This document shows, piece by piece, positions 23,465-36,430 of a stretch of DNA of 64,000 nt. The position numbers and the translations under genes are program-made. Source of the DNA: Eutreptiella sp. 'Long Island Sound 2002' (Eukaryota; Protista; Euglenida). The stretch spans positions 113,522,001 to 113,586,000 of the forward strand of contig OZ038378.1 of the NCBI GenBank assembly GCA_964036045.1, given 5' to 3'. Under the pieces are notes generated by a model. That model did no database searches and was not told the origin of the DNA. It saw only the letters and a list, made by a program, of their open reading frames with translations. Within the stretch, counting starts at the first letter, position 1. Each line of letters begins with the position of its first letter.

Positions 23465-24728
23465 ATGACAAAGAAGGAGCGACAAAAAGAATGGAAACCG
23501 GATGATGTGTGGTGCCCCATTGACGGTGAGCTAGAAACAATTGATCACGCACGCACGGAGTGTTCCCTTCTCAAAGTCGCTTTTGACACTATCGCTAAAT
23601 GCTTTCCCACGGTCACCGCCGAGGAACATCCAAAAGCCCTGCTTTCCTCCTCTCTACAGCATTCCTTCCAGTGCCTGTCAGGTTTCCTGGCTTGGGCGGC
23701 GGTCTATGCCAATTGGCAGGTCCGCCAAAAGGAAAAAACTTCAACGCCAATATGCTGCCACCTGGACCCGCTTTGTTTCTATTTGGATAGCCACCTTGAA
23801 ACTGTGGGCTACCTGTCCTTTGAATATTTCCATTTCGGGACACAACCTACACCTTTTCATCAGAGCATTACAGTCGCTACTCCATGATGGAGTGCTACAA
23901 CACCCCCACCTACGAATCACGCCCCCCACCCCCCCCCCGCCCAGCAAAAAGCAACAAAAAGAAACAGCGCGCCGACTGCGCAAACAACAACGGGCGGCGG
24001 AGCTGGAAGGAGTTTTGGACAGCCTCACCACGGACGGATACACCCTGGTTTTCACAGATGGCTCATCCGCCGAAACGGAAGGCGTGGGCCGGGTAGCAGG
24101 ATACGGCATCTACGCGCATCCTGACATCAGCATTTCTGCACATGTCCCAGTCCATTTCAGACGAACAAACAACACGGCAGAACTTCTGGCCGTGATTCGA
24201 GCATTACAAATCTTTACTTTTGGCAAAGTTGCAATTTGCACCGATAGTGAATACGTCTTCCGAGGAGCCACAGGCGCGGCACGCCGGTGGAAACTTGGGG
24301 GATGGACGGGAAGCAGTGGCCCGGTTTCCAATGTTCCCCTCTGGGAACTTCTCCTAGACACCCTCAGCACACACACAGGCTCCATCAAGTTCATTAAAGT
24401 TCCGTCCCATGTGGACATCCTAGGGAACAACGAAGCTGACCGTTTGGCGGACCAGGGAAGGCTTTCCCACCCCAGGTGTCCGGTCCTCAGGACCCCGTCG
24501 CGTGATTTCACTGCGACAGCTCACACTCCCCCCATCAGGCGTCGGCGCAGGAACACTGGTGCCGAGCTGGACTCGGTTGTGCAAATTTTGAATTTTTCAC
24601 CCCACAAAGACGCGCCGGACAGTCAAGCTATGGACGCCTTCATGGATCTCTCCCTCAGGATTGACCTTGAACTGCTCCAAGGTGACTGGTCCCCACCGAT
24701 GTCTGATTACAGTTCCGATGAAGTTTGA
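23465..24728 (+). mobile_element. 5'-truncated LINE tail encoding zf-RVT-like region + RNase H
   Basis: WCPIDGELETIDHARTEC (zf-RVT-like), a frameshift near 23730, then FTDGS..TNNTAEL..CTDSEYV..VPSH..GNNEAD with all RNase H catalytic residues (ORF 23541..24728). Confidence 0.9.
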
Positions 24729-24798
24729 TCCTACATGGCTTCATGTAACATAGGGTCCACTCCATGTCACCGCCCCACGCCACCCATGTGGTATGGGA

Positions 24799-25023
24799 GG
24801 CAGTGTGGCATAGTGGTTATCATCGTCAACTGTCGTCGCATAGATCGCCGGTTCGAACCCGGCCTGTAGCAGTGCTCCCCCCCACCGGCCTCGCCCCGGT
24901 CGACTGGGGCCCCTCCCGCTTTTGCAGCCATTTTACCACTTTGCCCTCATCAATTTCATGCGTGCTTCAGTGGAAGCACCCTGGACTCCAGCGTCGCTGG
25001 TCCCAGGTTCGAACCCCACTGCC
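24799..25023 (+). ncRNA. Dimeric tRNA-derived (SINE-like) sequence with two A/B-box pairs
   Basis: Unit 1: A box tggcatagtgg at 24806, perfect T-arm gccgg-ttcgaac-ccggc at 24847-24863. Unit 2: A-like tgcttcagtgg at 24963, B box ggttcgaaccc at 25006. Anticodon arms do not pair. Confidence 0.65.
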
Positions 25024-25661
25024 CGAGCCGCCGATCAAGCGGAGCGGCGGCTCGGGCAAAGGAGCGGGTGGGGTGGCAGCCTCCCATCGTGCGTGGGCGG
25101 TGGTGGGGCGCACTGCTGCAGGTGGCTGGGCACATTTTTCGTATATTGGCTGTGTGTACATGATTTCTGACGCTGCACCCTTATTATGACACAGCAAGCA
25201 CTTAGCCGACACGACACAAATACATCTCTGCTATCCCTTTGTATGTACTTCCCTCCTCACTGAAACTAAATAGCCTCAAGTCGATGGAAGGCCGAATGAG
25301 TGCCATGCATCGCACCAGAGACTTGGGAGCGTATGGTTTATATACAGCCCGTTTTCTTAGGGCGCCGCTTATATGGAAGGGTCCACTGACCCAGCACAAT
25401 TGATTGCAGGTTCGCAGTGCCTACTGTTCAGCGCCAATACTACCGACAACATGTACATATCAACACGAGATGTACATAGATAGTGGAGCACCCCAACCAC
25501 GAAGGGGACACACTGTGTTCCTTTACGATTGTGAACATGTGGACTAATGGCTGAAAGTGTCTATGGCGGGGACATTCAGTCTATCAGTACCGACCATTGT
25601 TCCCCCCCATTTTTGAAACTTGTTTCACTCTCCCTTCACCAACACTGATTGATGGCTGCAG

Positions 25662-25770
25662 GACCACAAGCCTGACCAAGAAAATTGAGGGTGAAAACGA
25701 GAAGATCCAGAAGCTGAACAAGCACATTGGCGCCACGACCAAAAACATCCAAAAGCTCATTGACACAGAG
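25662..25770 (+). CDS. Internal exon of a coiled-coil gene
   Basis: cag|g...gag|gtttgt; reads TTSLTKKIEGENEKIQKLNKHIGATTKNIQKLIDTE and ends in phase 0. Confidence 0.7.
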
Positions 25771-26025
25771 GTTTGTCTTGGGATTGTACTGCCACCACAT
25801 GCACCTCTGCACGCAATTCAGGCACGCAATTCAGAATGCGCGCTGTGTGGAGGGGGGCAGAGAAGGGCAGGCAGGGTGGGAGAAGTGGCAACCAGTAGTA
25901 TGTGTGCAGGCTGTGCATTGCATCACCTTGCTGGTTTATGAGGAGCATTACATGGTGTGGCGACAGTGCCTATCCAGATGCCCCAGTCAAACCAACAGAT
26001 TATGATGTTCACCTTTATCCCTCAG

Positions 26026-26102
26026 GATGAGACTTTTGCACCACTGCTAGAACAGCTCAAGCATGAAGAGGCAGCACGGGACACTGCCCGAGATGATGCC
26101 AA
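26026..26102 (+). CDS. Next exon of the same gene
   Basis: ccctcag|gat...gccaa|gtatgt; reads DETFAPLLEQLKHEEAARDTARDDA(K), phase 0 in, phase 2 out. Confidence 0.75.
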
Positions 26103-26266
26103 GTATGTAAAGCTTTGTGTGAGGCATTGTTTTGACGGGATATCGCACCAGGGTAACAAGTTGCCACTCAGTGCATGCACACAAGATTCTAAATGCTCAC
26201 TGTTTGCTGTGGCCCCCTTGTGTGCTCCACACCTTTCCCTTTGTCCCATGGCCTTTCCTTGTGCAG

Positions 26267-26331
26267 GTGGGAGGCTGAGAAATTGGTGCAGTGGGAGTTG
26301 AAGTTGAAGAATCTGGAAAAGGCTGTCGCAG
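26267..26331 (+). CDS. Third exon of the same gene
   Basis: ttgtgcag|g tgg...gca g|gtgaaa; reads WEAEKLVQWELKLKNLEKAVA, phase-compatible with the previous exon, phase 1 out. Confidence 0.7.
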
Positions 26332-27039
26332 GTGAAACTGTAGGTCTGTCTGCTCACCCCCATGCAAACATGAATGTATGCCTAGGGATAGTTGCCTGAT
26401 GTGGAAACTAGTGATGCCTATTAACAAAATGGCCCAAAATTACCACGCACGAGGTTGTTAGAGAGTACAGAGGTTGTCAAAGAGTATGTTAGCGCGCCTG
26501 GCATGCCTGGCAAAGTTTCCCCCTTATCCCCCAAGGTGTCCCCCCTTTTTCCCATTTTTTGTGCCCGTGTTGGGGACCCACGAGAAGGCAGGGGTGATGA
26601 CACACGCATGTGATTTTGTCATTTTTGAGTGTATTCTTCCTCATTTGCCTGGTTTCAGTCATGTATGAACCTGATTGTGCATATGTGGTCCCATGTTATG
26701 CTCAAGTGTATTTTGGGCTGACGAGGCCGCACTTTGGCGGCGAAATGCATACATTCTTTATGGAGTTGATGCTCAGACGGACAATCAAGCCTGTGATTAT
26801 TTGGCTGAGGCTGCCTTTGCATGTGCATTTGCTTTGCTGCTACTCACAGAGGCCATAGAGGCACCTCTTGTGTTAAAGCAAGTCGAAGCATTTTGTTCAA
26901 AAACACTGGGCCCCGAGACGGCAGGGATTAGGTAACTTTGGCTGCAGGAGTAGAATGTAGAATGTTAGAATGGAGAATAGCATATAACATTGATGGACAT
27001 TGGCTGGGCGGGGGCATCCAGTATCTGTTGCCAACCATC

Positions 27040-28080
27040 ATGGGTCAAAAATCATGAATCTTTTGTTTCCTAGATTTTGATGGAATGGGACGAGCGCTGT
27101 TGCATTTTGCGAAGTTTTCAGCTGTTTTTGTTAGTTGATGCTTTTATCGGTTTTAGTGACCCTGTGGTACCCCCTTGGAGGGGTAGGATTGGGCATGTTG
27201 TAACAGTATATTTATACTGGGATGCAACATGACATTTTTTGCTGCCACCAGCCCTCCTTTGGGCTGGTTATGGCCCATGTGAAAGACAGGACATCACCAT
27301 TTTAACAGAAAATGACCGACTTGGGTTGGCTGAAAAATGCAGTTTTTCTGGCGACGCTTGAGGACCGACCACCTAGGACCCTTGGGCCAAGGTTGGGTGA
27401 TCATTCAGTGACACTCTCAGTACATATGAACCATGGGGGGCCACATATCACCATGTAGGCCCTCCTAGTGTTGCCTATTGGCTACAAAACAGCCTTGTTA
27501 TGGGCTTCTTTATAGCGTGGTGGGACATTAGACGATTCCCAAAAATCGCAACTTTTCAGCCCACCTATGCCGCCGGAACATGGCAGGGCCACTGAAACGC
27601 ACCCTGATATAGAGCCCGGGACTCCCGCCATTGGCTAGGGGGTCCATATGGAAGAAAAAGGGGAATGGGTCTAGGGTCCAAATGCTTGCAAGCTGTAGAC
27701 CAAGTAAGTGTTTCATTGGGTCCTTGGATGAATATGTGAGTGGCAATGCGGAGCCATGTAGGAACAACTAGGACCTCCTAGTGGTGCCTACTAGGGCCAT
27801 TTTGGTCCTATTTGCAGCGTGGTGGCCAAAAATTGGTTGGTGTGTTGGCACCAACATTTGTGCATGTAGACCCGAGTCCTGTAGAAGCACCTCGAAGACG
27901 GGTTGTTAGATCAAGCATAGGCACACACCACGCCATAGACCCCCATGTATTTGCGTACCCCCATGGGTGATATAAGATGTAACCCGTTGTAAAAATCATC
28001 ATTTGTGAGACAAGATTGTCCCCCGATGACTTTTTCGATTTTGACCCCTCTACCCCCCCCCCCCCCCTCTTGCACCACTT
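27040..28080 (-). repeat. Inverted diverged copies of the 15.4-16.8 kb repeat block
   Basis: 27040-27260 is the reverse complement of about 15480-15740 (catgggtcaaaaatcatgaatcttttg vs caaaagattcatgattttcgaccca). 27890-28080 is the reverse complement of 15820-16030. Confidence 0.75.
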
Positions 28081-28216
28081 TTTCGGGGGCAAGGGGGTTG
28101 GGGTTAAGAATGTTTTTCGCATTGTGGCCTTTATAGGTTCATGTCCAATACACACATCCCCCCCCTTATTTTGGTCGGGGACCCGTTGCCCCCCCACCCC
28201 CACCCCCCCACCCTTC

Positions 28217-28256
<40 letters not shown>

Positions 28257-28499
28257 AAAACCGCTTTTTCCAGGTTGGGGCCAGGGTGGGGTGGGGGTGG
28301 GTTGGGGACAAAGAATGTCGGTAACCCCCTCCCCCCTCTTTGTTTTGGGTCGACAATCCCGTATCTTTTGCCGCTTTTTTGTAGAGCCAAGAAATTATTT
28401 TTGGCCGATTCCATTGGGTTCGTGTGGTTGGGGTGGGATGAGCGCATGTGCTGTTTATGCGGGTTTTCAGTCGTTTTTGGATGTCAATGTTTTTCACAA

Positions 28500-31400
28500 C
28501 TCTAGTGAGTGGGAGGGACCCACTTTGAGGGGTTCAATTCAGGATTTCGTGATTGTATGGGCGTGCTACAATACAAAAGGATTTGTTAGGAGCCCATAGC
28601 TTTGCCTTGGGCCAGTCGTCACATGTGGCACATGTGCACAGCATACAACATAGGAATAGAGAGCGATATCCTCTCCTCGGCGGGGGCAATTTTCTGATGT
28701 ACCTAGTGATGGGCGCGTGATATGATCTGGTAGGGTTGGTACCGGGTCTTTGAAATGGGTACCGTGGGACGCCTGGAAAAGCGCTCAGCAGTTTTGGTCG
28801 CGAGAGTGGCCCCAAAAACGCCACCAACATCGGTAGCGAAATCCTGGCGATTTCTCGGCCAAGATGCCTAGGGGCGCTCGGAAGAACTTTTGGTCGCAAT
28901 CTTGGACACATAAAGTAAAGGAATGTTGTCTGCAATCTTGGTGCCTATTTTGCATGCAAACTAGGAGGGTGGAAGAAAAATGTAACATGAAGTACTCTTA
29001 CTTGTGTAAGGACATTGGGTATATCATTGTGTTTGTGCCTGTCTTTGTGCTCAATGCGTTTGTCAAAGGCATCAGGTATATTGACGTGCAGAACCTCCAA
29101 AGGAGCGTGCTTGAAACATGTGTCACTGCCTTGGATGTCCTTTGTCCCACTGCCTTTCCCCTTTCAACAGATTGGAAAATGTCTAGTGGTAGCCAGGGAA
29201 GTGCATCCTTTGCGCCCCCCCCCCCCCCTCCCCCTCCGCCTCTGCCTCAGATTTGACCTTTGAGGGGGACCTTATAGATGCTTAGCAAATGTGGAACTGC
29301 CTGAACCCGGTGATGTCCAATCTAAGCTCCAACATGCACTTGCTGCACTGTGCTTGCACCACAGCCCATAAGATACAATTGAACCCCGCATGTTGCGGGT
29401 ATTTTTGGACAAGGTCGTCCCAAAAACATATACTATCCATGCCAAGGACACACTATTGGCAACCTTAATGCACAAAAAGGTCGCCCAACCCCCCAAGAAC
29501 ACAATTGTTGTGTTGACTACACGCAAGGCCTAAGGCAAGACAACGCCCAGCAAGCATCCAATGGCTCTACTGTAAGTGCCACTGATTATGATTCGTCCGC
29601 GCCATCAGGCAGCAACACAGAAACCCCATCGTGAAGCAAGAAGTATCGCCGCATGGTCGTACATATTGGAAAGGACGTAGTGGATGTGGATGCCATGTCC
29701 AGTGATGCATGTCCATTACGTATGTGAAGTGAAGGAGAGTACAACGTTCACTCTTCAAGTGAAGTAAAAAATCGATGCTTGCCTTTCTTTTGCAACGTGT
29801 CTTTGCCCTGCCTAGGTATAATGACATCTCCTATGGTGCACAAAGATATTCGAAACACGCTTGGAAGTTGTCAAAACGGCTCGGAAAAACGCTTGAAAGT
29901 TTTGGTTGCGAGACCGGCCCCAAAAACGCAACCAATATCGGTAGCGATAACCTGGGAACCTCCAGGCCAAGATGCGTATGGGCGCTCGGAAGAAATTTTC
30001 CATGCTATGTTGCTTGCAATTTTCAAAATCCATCCTGCGACATGAGTCGGATTTGGTGAGCATACATGGGTGGCATTTTCAAAAATCCCAAGCAACATGA
30101 GTAGCATTTTCCACCGAATTGTTACCTTCTATGCTGTGCTTCTCAGCGACATGTGTGGCCTATGTGTTAGGTAGGGGGAAATTGGAGCGATGTAATTGCC
30201 TTTGGTCACACAACGGGACTCAAACAAAGTGGAGCCGCAACAAATGTACTGCCCGGGCTACACAACCCAAGCCAAATTAGCAATGAACCATGGAGACGTG
30301 TTTAGCTTGAAATCAGCCCACATCAGTGCAAAATACTACCGTGTATGGAAAAATCACCCACGTGGACAGAAACTGAACAAATAGCAGCGAGAAAAACGCA
30401 ATGAGAACGGCACAATGGCATAAAATCACAACAACTAGAAATGTTATTCTGCTTAGCGCGCGACACGACCACAATTTGTCCTCTTTGTCCCAGATACTGG
30501 CTTGCCCCTATCAAAGACAATACCCGAGGGCCACCCATGCTTACATCTCATGTAGGTCACACAGCAAGTCAACATGCTATTGTGAACAACACACCTCATT
30601 ATTACGCTTTGCATAAGTGTTCAAGGAGCAAAATGTTCGCTTGTGCCACTTTGGGCCCAAAGAGAAAGATGGCCTTGCTGCTGATATTAGTTTATATTTC
30701 AAGGCCCACTAGCATACTCCACCCTATGGGCAAACCGCAACTCATGGAGCGTGCTTTCGTAGAGGCATAGGGACCCCAGACAACAGCTTGGCATCACTGG
30801 AGTAGGGGAAAAGGAGCATGGGGTAATCGAAAGGAACATGCCAACGTCAAGCGACACAGACATAAACAGAGATAAAAGCAACGTGAGCACAAAATGCACC
30901 CTGCGTGCCCATTCCGTTTTTATACAAGAAAAGGATATTTGAGGGGATGATCACAACACTATGGAATCTACGTTGCTGCATTTGTGGACGTGAACAAAAC
31001 ACAATTTCGCAGTGGCAAATCCATAGAAGGAACCACTCCATGAAAAAGCACCACCCCCGGATTACCAAGCGCCAATACATCAAAAGTCAAATGATTAGGG
31101 TACGCCGTTGGTAACCAAGGCAAGATTTGTGGGGTGGGCGCTGCATCATATACCAACTCTATATCATCAAACATCATCATCTCTATCATCAAACATTTGC
31201 AATTGCCCAAAGGAAAAATGGGCACATGCCTTTACTAGGATTTTACTTAAGACCAAATGTGCCCATAGTGGAGCACAATGTGATCCCACAGCAAAGCCCA
31301 AGAATGGTCCAAAAATGCATGTCCGGGCGCAACGAGCAAATTTGTCTTCATCACCATCACCAGGTATAGAAGCTATTTATCCAACGGCAAACTAGCATCA

Positions 31401-33370
31401 TGTGAGGTGGTGATGAAAGGGAGTGTGCACAACACGAAGCGAAAAAATGGGATCATTTATCGGTTGCAACAATTGAAGCATTATTTCCGTTTACTAGCAG
31501 CAATGGAGGCGCAAGATGACACATTATTCACAAACCTTTCACACTACATGTTACCATTTGTGAGACATTGGACCATATGATACATGTTGCACAATATCAC
31601 AACGGCCAACTCAATAGATTGCCTATGCATATTTTTTCAGGAAGGTGAGGCCCACAAAAGTGAGTAGCAGTGCTGGCACGGTGGTATGGTAGCCACCCTG
31701 CATCATGTGGCCCACTAGTTGTATCTGACCTAGTTGGCCATGGTTTGTATGCGTGCGCGCTCATACGGCTCCCATGGCTCATTTATAACTTGCCCGTTGG
31801 TGGAACATATTTACCTCACCCCCTTTCATAGGCCCTCCAATTTTTGAGGTGTTGGATGCATGGCTCGCGACGCATGCGGCACGCACCTTGATAGAGCAGC
31901 GGAGGACAAGCTTGCTTTGTTTTCGATTGTGGTGGCACACCCTGTGGGCGCACTTTGCTACGCAACCCCCCCGATGGCACTCGGATGCAAAACCATCGGT
32001 CCTGTGTGCTTGAGCACAAGAGGAACGCCACGTGGTGGCGGAGGCGGCCCTCGTGCGATGATTTTCACTCAAATGCAAGCTTGCCTTGTCCCTGGGAGCA
32101 GGGTTGGGCAATAGGCAGCGCTGCCATGCAGAGGGTTTCTCATGCTTAGTACAGCTCATAAGGTGTCCTCTTTGCTCAACACGGGCGTCATCCATGTTAC
32201 GGTGTCTGGAGTACATTGGGACGGGGGCAAAAGACAAGGAGTGATCCCCCCCCCCTTTCCCCTTTTCCGAAATACATCCCGAGTATGTTTTCTAGTGCTC
32301 TATCGTCCTTTTTCGGCTCTGTCATTGTGCATTTCTGATATTGTGGGGAGGTGGGCTCTCTCTCAGCTGGTGCAGGACACAACACTGCAGTATTGTACAT
32401 TCGCCATATGATTGCGACCCCACCGGAATCCCCGACAGGGGACAAGCCTCTCTTGCATGAAGCTCATGGGCACGCCATTCTTGCCATACATTTGTCTAGG
32501 CTGGAATGCAGCAAAACACGAACTACTTTCACGGCCTCAACTATTTCGGTGTCAAAGCAAAGAATTAGAATTATATTGTTCAACACACTAATTGGCGTTA
32601 TTGCCCATCCCCCACTTACTTCCCACGAACATTTAGGGGTCTTCACCAACATGTAGAAGTTCACCATAGCAATGGGGATCAGAAGAGAGGAAACCATCCA
32701 AATAGAAGCGCAATTCGACTGACAATTTGTGCCTATTTGCTTTTGATAATCCAACATGCAAGAGCTTTACTGTTGTGCATGTGACATCCATAAAGAGACT
32801 TTCATTGGTGTGGAACACCAATTTACTGCAAAACAAATGGCGGTTCACCTTCGAATCACAAACAAAAATGCGTGAAGCAATCTGAGCACATTGCCACCAT
32901 CCTTTTCCAATGTTAAAGCCAAGGGCTCTAGTAAGTACTCCTCTACAAGGTGCAATCTGCACCCAGTTGAAGTTCAAGGTAGTGTTTGAATCCCACTTAG
33001 AGAACGCCAAAAAAGCCATATCTACAAAAAATGCATAACGCATCGCGAATGATACCATCATCCGGGGCGATGGATTGCGATATTCTATTGGAAGCGAGGG
33101 TGACATGCGTGCAACAAGCAAATTTATAGGGATACATGGCATGTGATCAAGAATAGGGGGTATTGTGCAAGTAAGAGCAACCCCAGATAAAAACCCATTG
33201 TAATTCTTTGCACTTCTGATGAATGCGTGGGATGGAATATTCAATCAAACGAGAAGGACTAACATAGGGCACAAATATATTCCAAGGACAAAGAAATGAC
33301 AGGTGCTGCGTTGGCAAAGGAACATGATCGGCATTCAATTTCAATGGGCATCACTTTGTGCATAAGACAA
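28500..33370 (+). pseudogene. Heavily decayed, less G/C-run-rich coding-like region, possibly a large DNA element remnant with PolB-like motifs
   Basis: Few homopolymer runs, and an internal duplication of 28760-28900 at 29870-30010. Degenerate motifs CISDIV (32328), YFPRTFRG (32617), FAFD (about 32740) and KTHCNSLHF (33190) occur in PolB-like order, across many stops and frameshifts. Confidence 0.25.
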
Positions 33371-33508
33371 AAGAGCCACCACCCTTGGTACACGCTAGAA
33401 CACCCAATTTTGTTCTAGCCTAGAACACTCTAGCCTAGATGTTCTAGCCTAGATTAGATCAATACTAGAACGATATAATAGCCTAGGTAGAACACAAAAA
33501 ACAAATGA

Positions 33509-33561
<53 letters not shown>

Positions 33562-33571
33562 AACACACACA

Positions 33572-33637
<66 letters not shown>

Positions 33638-36430
33638 CACGCACACATTTTGACGCAGGCACGGGCACTGTGGGGCTGCCCTCCCTTCAAGCGTTGGTTG
33701 GGGGGGGGGCATCTTTGCTTTTGTCACACATTTTTCAAGGGGGGCTTGAGAACTACCTTGGGCGGGGGGGGGGGTTGAACTCAGGGGTCTGGGAGGGTTC
33801 TTTTCTTTGTTTCACACGTGGTGTTTTGTTGGATTTTGTGGGTTTCACGTGACAAGCTGCAATTCCAAGTTGCAGGTATGCCATGCAATGCTGTGCAGTG
33901 TTGTGGTGTGTTGTGGTCTCCTAAGGTGTAAAGTGGTGTGCTGTGCTGTGTCGTAGTCTGTTGTGGTGTGTGATCCGCTATGGTGTGCTGTGCTGTGTAG
34001 TGGCGTGGTGTGTTGTGTTGTGGTCACATGAGGTGCGTTGTGGTGTGTTGCGGTGTCATGTGGTGTGGTCTGGTGTCATGTAATGTGGCCTCATGTCATG
34101 TGGTGTGGTGTGCTATGGTGTGCCGTGCTGCGCTGCGGTCTGCTGTAGTGTGTGATTGGCTTTGGTGTGTTGTACTGTGCGGGGGGGTAGTGTTTTGTGG
34201 TCACATGACGTGCGCTTTGGTGTGCTGTGTTTTCATGTGGTGTGGTTGGTGTGGTTCGTTGAATGGTGTGTTGGTTGCTTGGCAGGTTGGGTTGTTTGGC
34301 CGCCTGGGTTATTTGTTGGGTGTTTAGCCGGTTGGGGCATGTTGTGTGGTGTCTGCACCCTGTGGTGTGTGGTGCTGTATGTTGTTGTATGCTCTGTGAT
34401 GTCATGTGTGTGGGCATACATGTAATTACTGCCATTCCAAGGGAGGGGGGGGGGGGGCTGATAATTAGTTACTATTTTTGTTTAAGCGGCGTTGTAGGGA
34501 ACGGCTCTAGCAGCGTTCTAGCGGCGCTCTAGCGGACCGCTAGAGCGCCGCTAGAACGCCGCTAGAATAGTTCCCTAGAACGCCCCTAGAACAAAAAAAG
34601 TAACTGCTTACCAGCCCCCCCCCCCTCCCTTGGGATGTAGCAAATACATGTGTACCCACACACATGACATCACACAGCATACAACAACATACCACAGCAC
34701 ACACCACAGGGTGCAGACACCCCACAACATGCCCCAAAGGGCTAAACACCCATCAAATAACCCAAATTGCCAAATAACTCAACATAGCTACGAACCAAAG
34801 CATATCACACACCACAACAGACTACAAGACGGTGTCATGTGGTGTGTTGTGGTGTGGTGTGGTGTAGTGGGATATCGTGCGATAGGTTCGCCTATCTGGT
34901 TTATTGAATGGTGTGTTGGTTGCTTGGCAGGTTGGGTTATTTGGCCGCTTGGCTTACATGTTGGGTGTTTGGCCTGTTGTGGCATGCTCTGTGGTGTCTG
35001 TACCCTGTGGTGTGTGGTGCTGTATGCTGTTGTATGCTGTGTGATGCCATGTGTGTGGGCACACATGTAATTAGTGCCATTCCAAGGGGGGGGGGCTGAT
35101 AAGCAGTGACTATTTTTGTTCTAGCGGCGTTCGCCGGAGCTGTTCTAGCGGCACTCTAGCGGCCGCTAGAGCGCCGCTAGAACAGTTCCCTAGAAGGCGA
35201 CTAGAACAAAAATAGTTACTGCTTGTCAACCCCCCCCCCCCCTCCCTTGGAGTGGCAGTAATATCATGGGTACCCACACATGTGACATCACAGAGCATAC
35301 AACAGCATACAACACCACACACCACACGGTACAGACACCGCAAAGCATGCTACAACAGGCCAAACACCCAACAAATAACCCAAGTTGCCAAACAACCCAA
35401 TCTGCCAAGCAACAAACACACCATCCAACAAACCACACAGGCAACCCTATCGCACGATACCCCACCGCACCACACCACACCACACCACATGACACCAGAC
35501 CACAGCACATGACACCCAACCGCACCACATGACAACAGAGTACACCACAGGGCACGTCATGTGAGCACAACACCCCCCCCCCCTCCGCACAGTACAACAC
35601 ACCACAGCAGATCACACACTACAGCAGAGCACAACACACCACAACACACCACACTATATGACCCCACTTTACATCTTAGGAGACCACAACACACCACAAC
35701 ACACCACAACACTGCACAGCATTGCATGGCATACCTGCAATTTGGAATTGCAGTTTGTCAGGTGAAACTCACAAATCCAATAAAAAACCACCTGTGAAAC
35801 AAAGAAAAGAACACCCTCCCAGACCTTTGAGTTCAACCCCCCCCCCCCCAAGGTAGTTCTCAAGCCCCCCTTGAAAAATGTGTGACAAAAGCAAAGACGC
35901 CCCCCCCCCCCCCCAAACCAACGCTTGAAGGGAGGGCAGCCCCACAGTGCCCTTGCCTATGTCAAAATGTGTGTGTTCATGTGTGTGTGTTTGTGTTTGT
36001 GTGTGTGCGCGCGCAAATATGACTAGACATGTACCAAATGTGATGGTTTCTATGTGTCTATGTGTCATGGAACCCCCCCCCCCCCCTTCCCACATTGGTG
36101 TCTTTTACTTGCCAAATGTGTGTGCATGTTTTGTTCTAGCCTTGTTCTAGCGAAGCGTTCTAGCGCCGTTCTAGCGGGGCGGCGCTAGTGCGCCGCTAGA
36201 ACGTTACTAGAATGGTTTTTTGTACTTGTTGAATTTCAGGTCAAAAATGTGTTTTTTTGAAAAACAAGGTACGAACCCCCTAGTATAGTAATAGGGCTCC
36301 AATTTGCACCCTTCATACCCCCGCCCACCTGTACCCATGGGTCGAGGCAACCACTACTTTTTTTCCTTCTAGCCGCTCTAGCCGGTTCTAGGCTAGAACG
36401 AGATTGGGTATTCTCGCGTGTACCAAGGAC
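33370..36430. repeat. Foldback (nested inverted repeat) with CTAG-rich palindromic centres, pentamer satellites and (CA)n
   Basis: Perfect 22+1+22 palindrome centred on 34536 and a 23+23 palindrome with one mismatch centred at 35162/35163. The outer arms 33640-33930 and 35640-35990, and 33385-33430 and 36386-36430, are reverse complements. Confidence 0.9.
33510..33635. repeat. (CA)n microsatellite, imperfect
   Basis: About 125 bp of CA with occasional CAAA. Confidence 0.98.

Noticed and set aside
24799-24870. Functional tRNA-Asp gene
   Set aside because: The anticodon stem and the 3' acceptor strand do not pair; it is treated as tRNA-derived.
33395-33490. Helitron 3' end (hairpin + CTAG)
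   Set aside because: CTAG occurs in many tandem and inverted copies, and no Rep/helicase motifs or 5' TC...A/T insertion site could be identified.
33454-36150. Cys/Val-rich and His/Thr-rich ORFs
   Set aside because: They are translations of (CA)n and TGTGG-type pentamer repeats.
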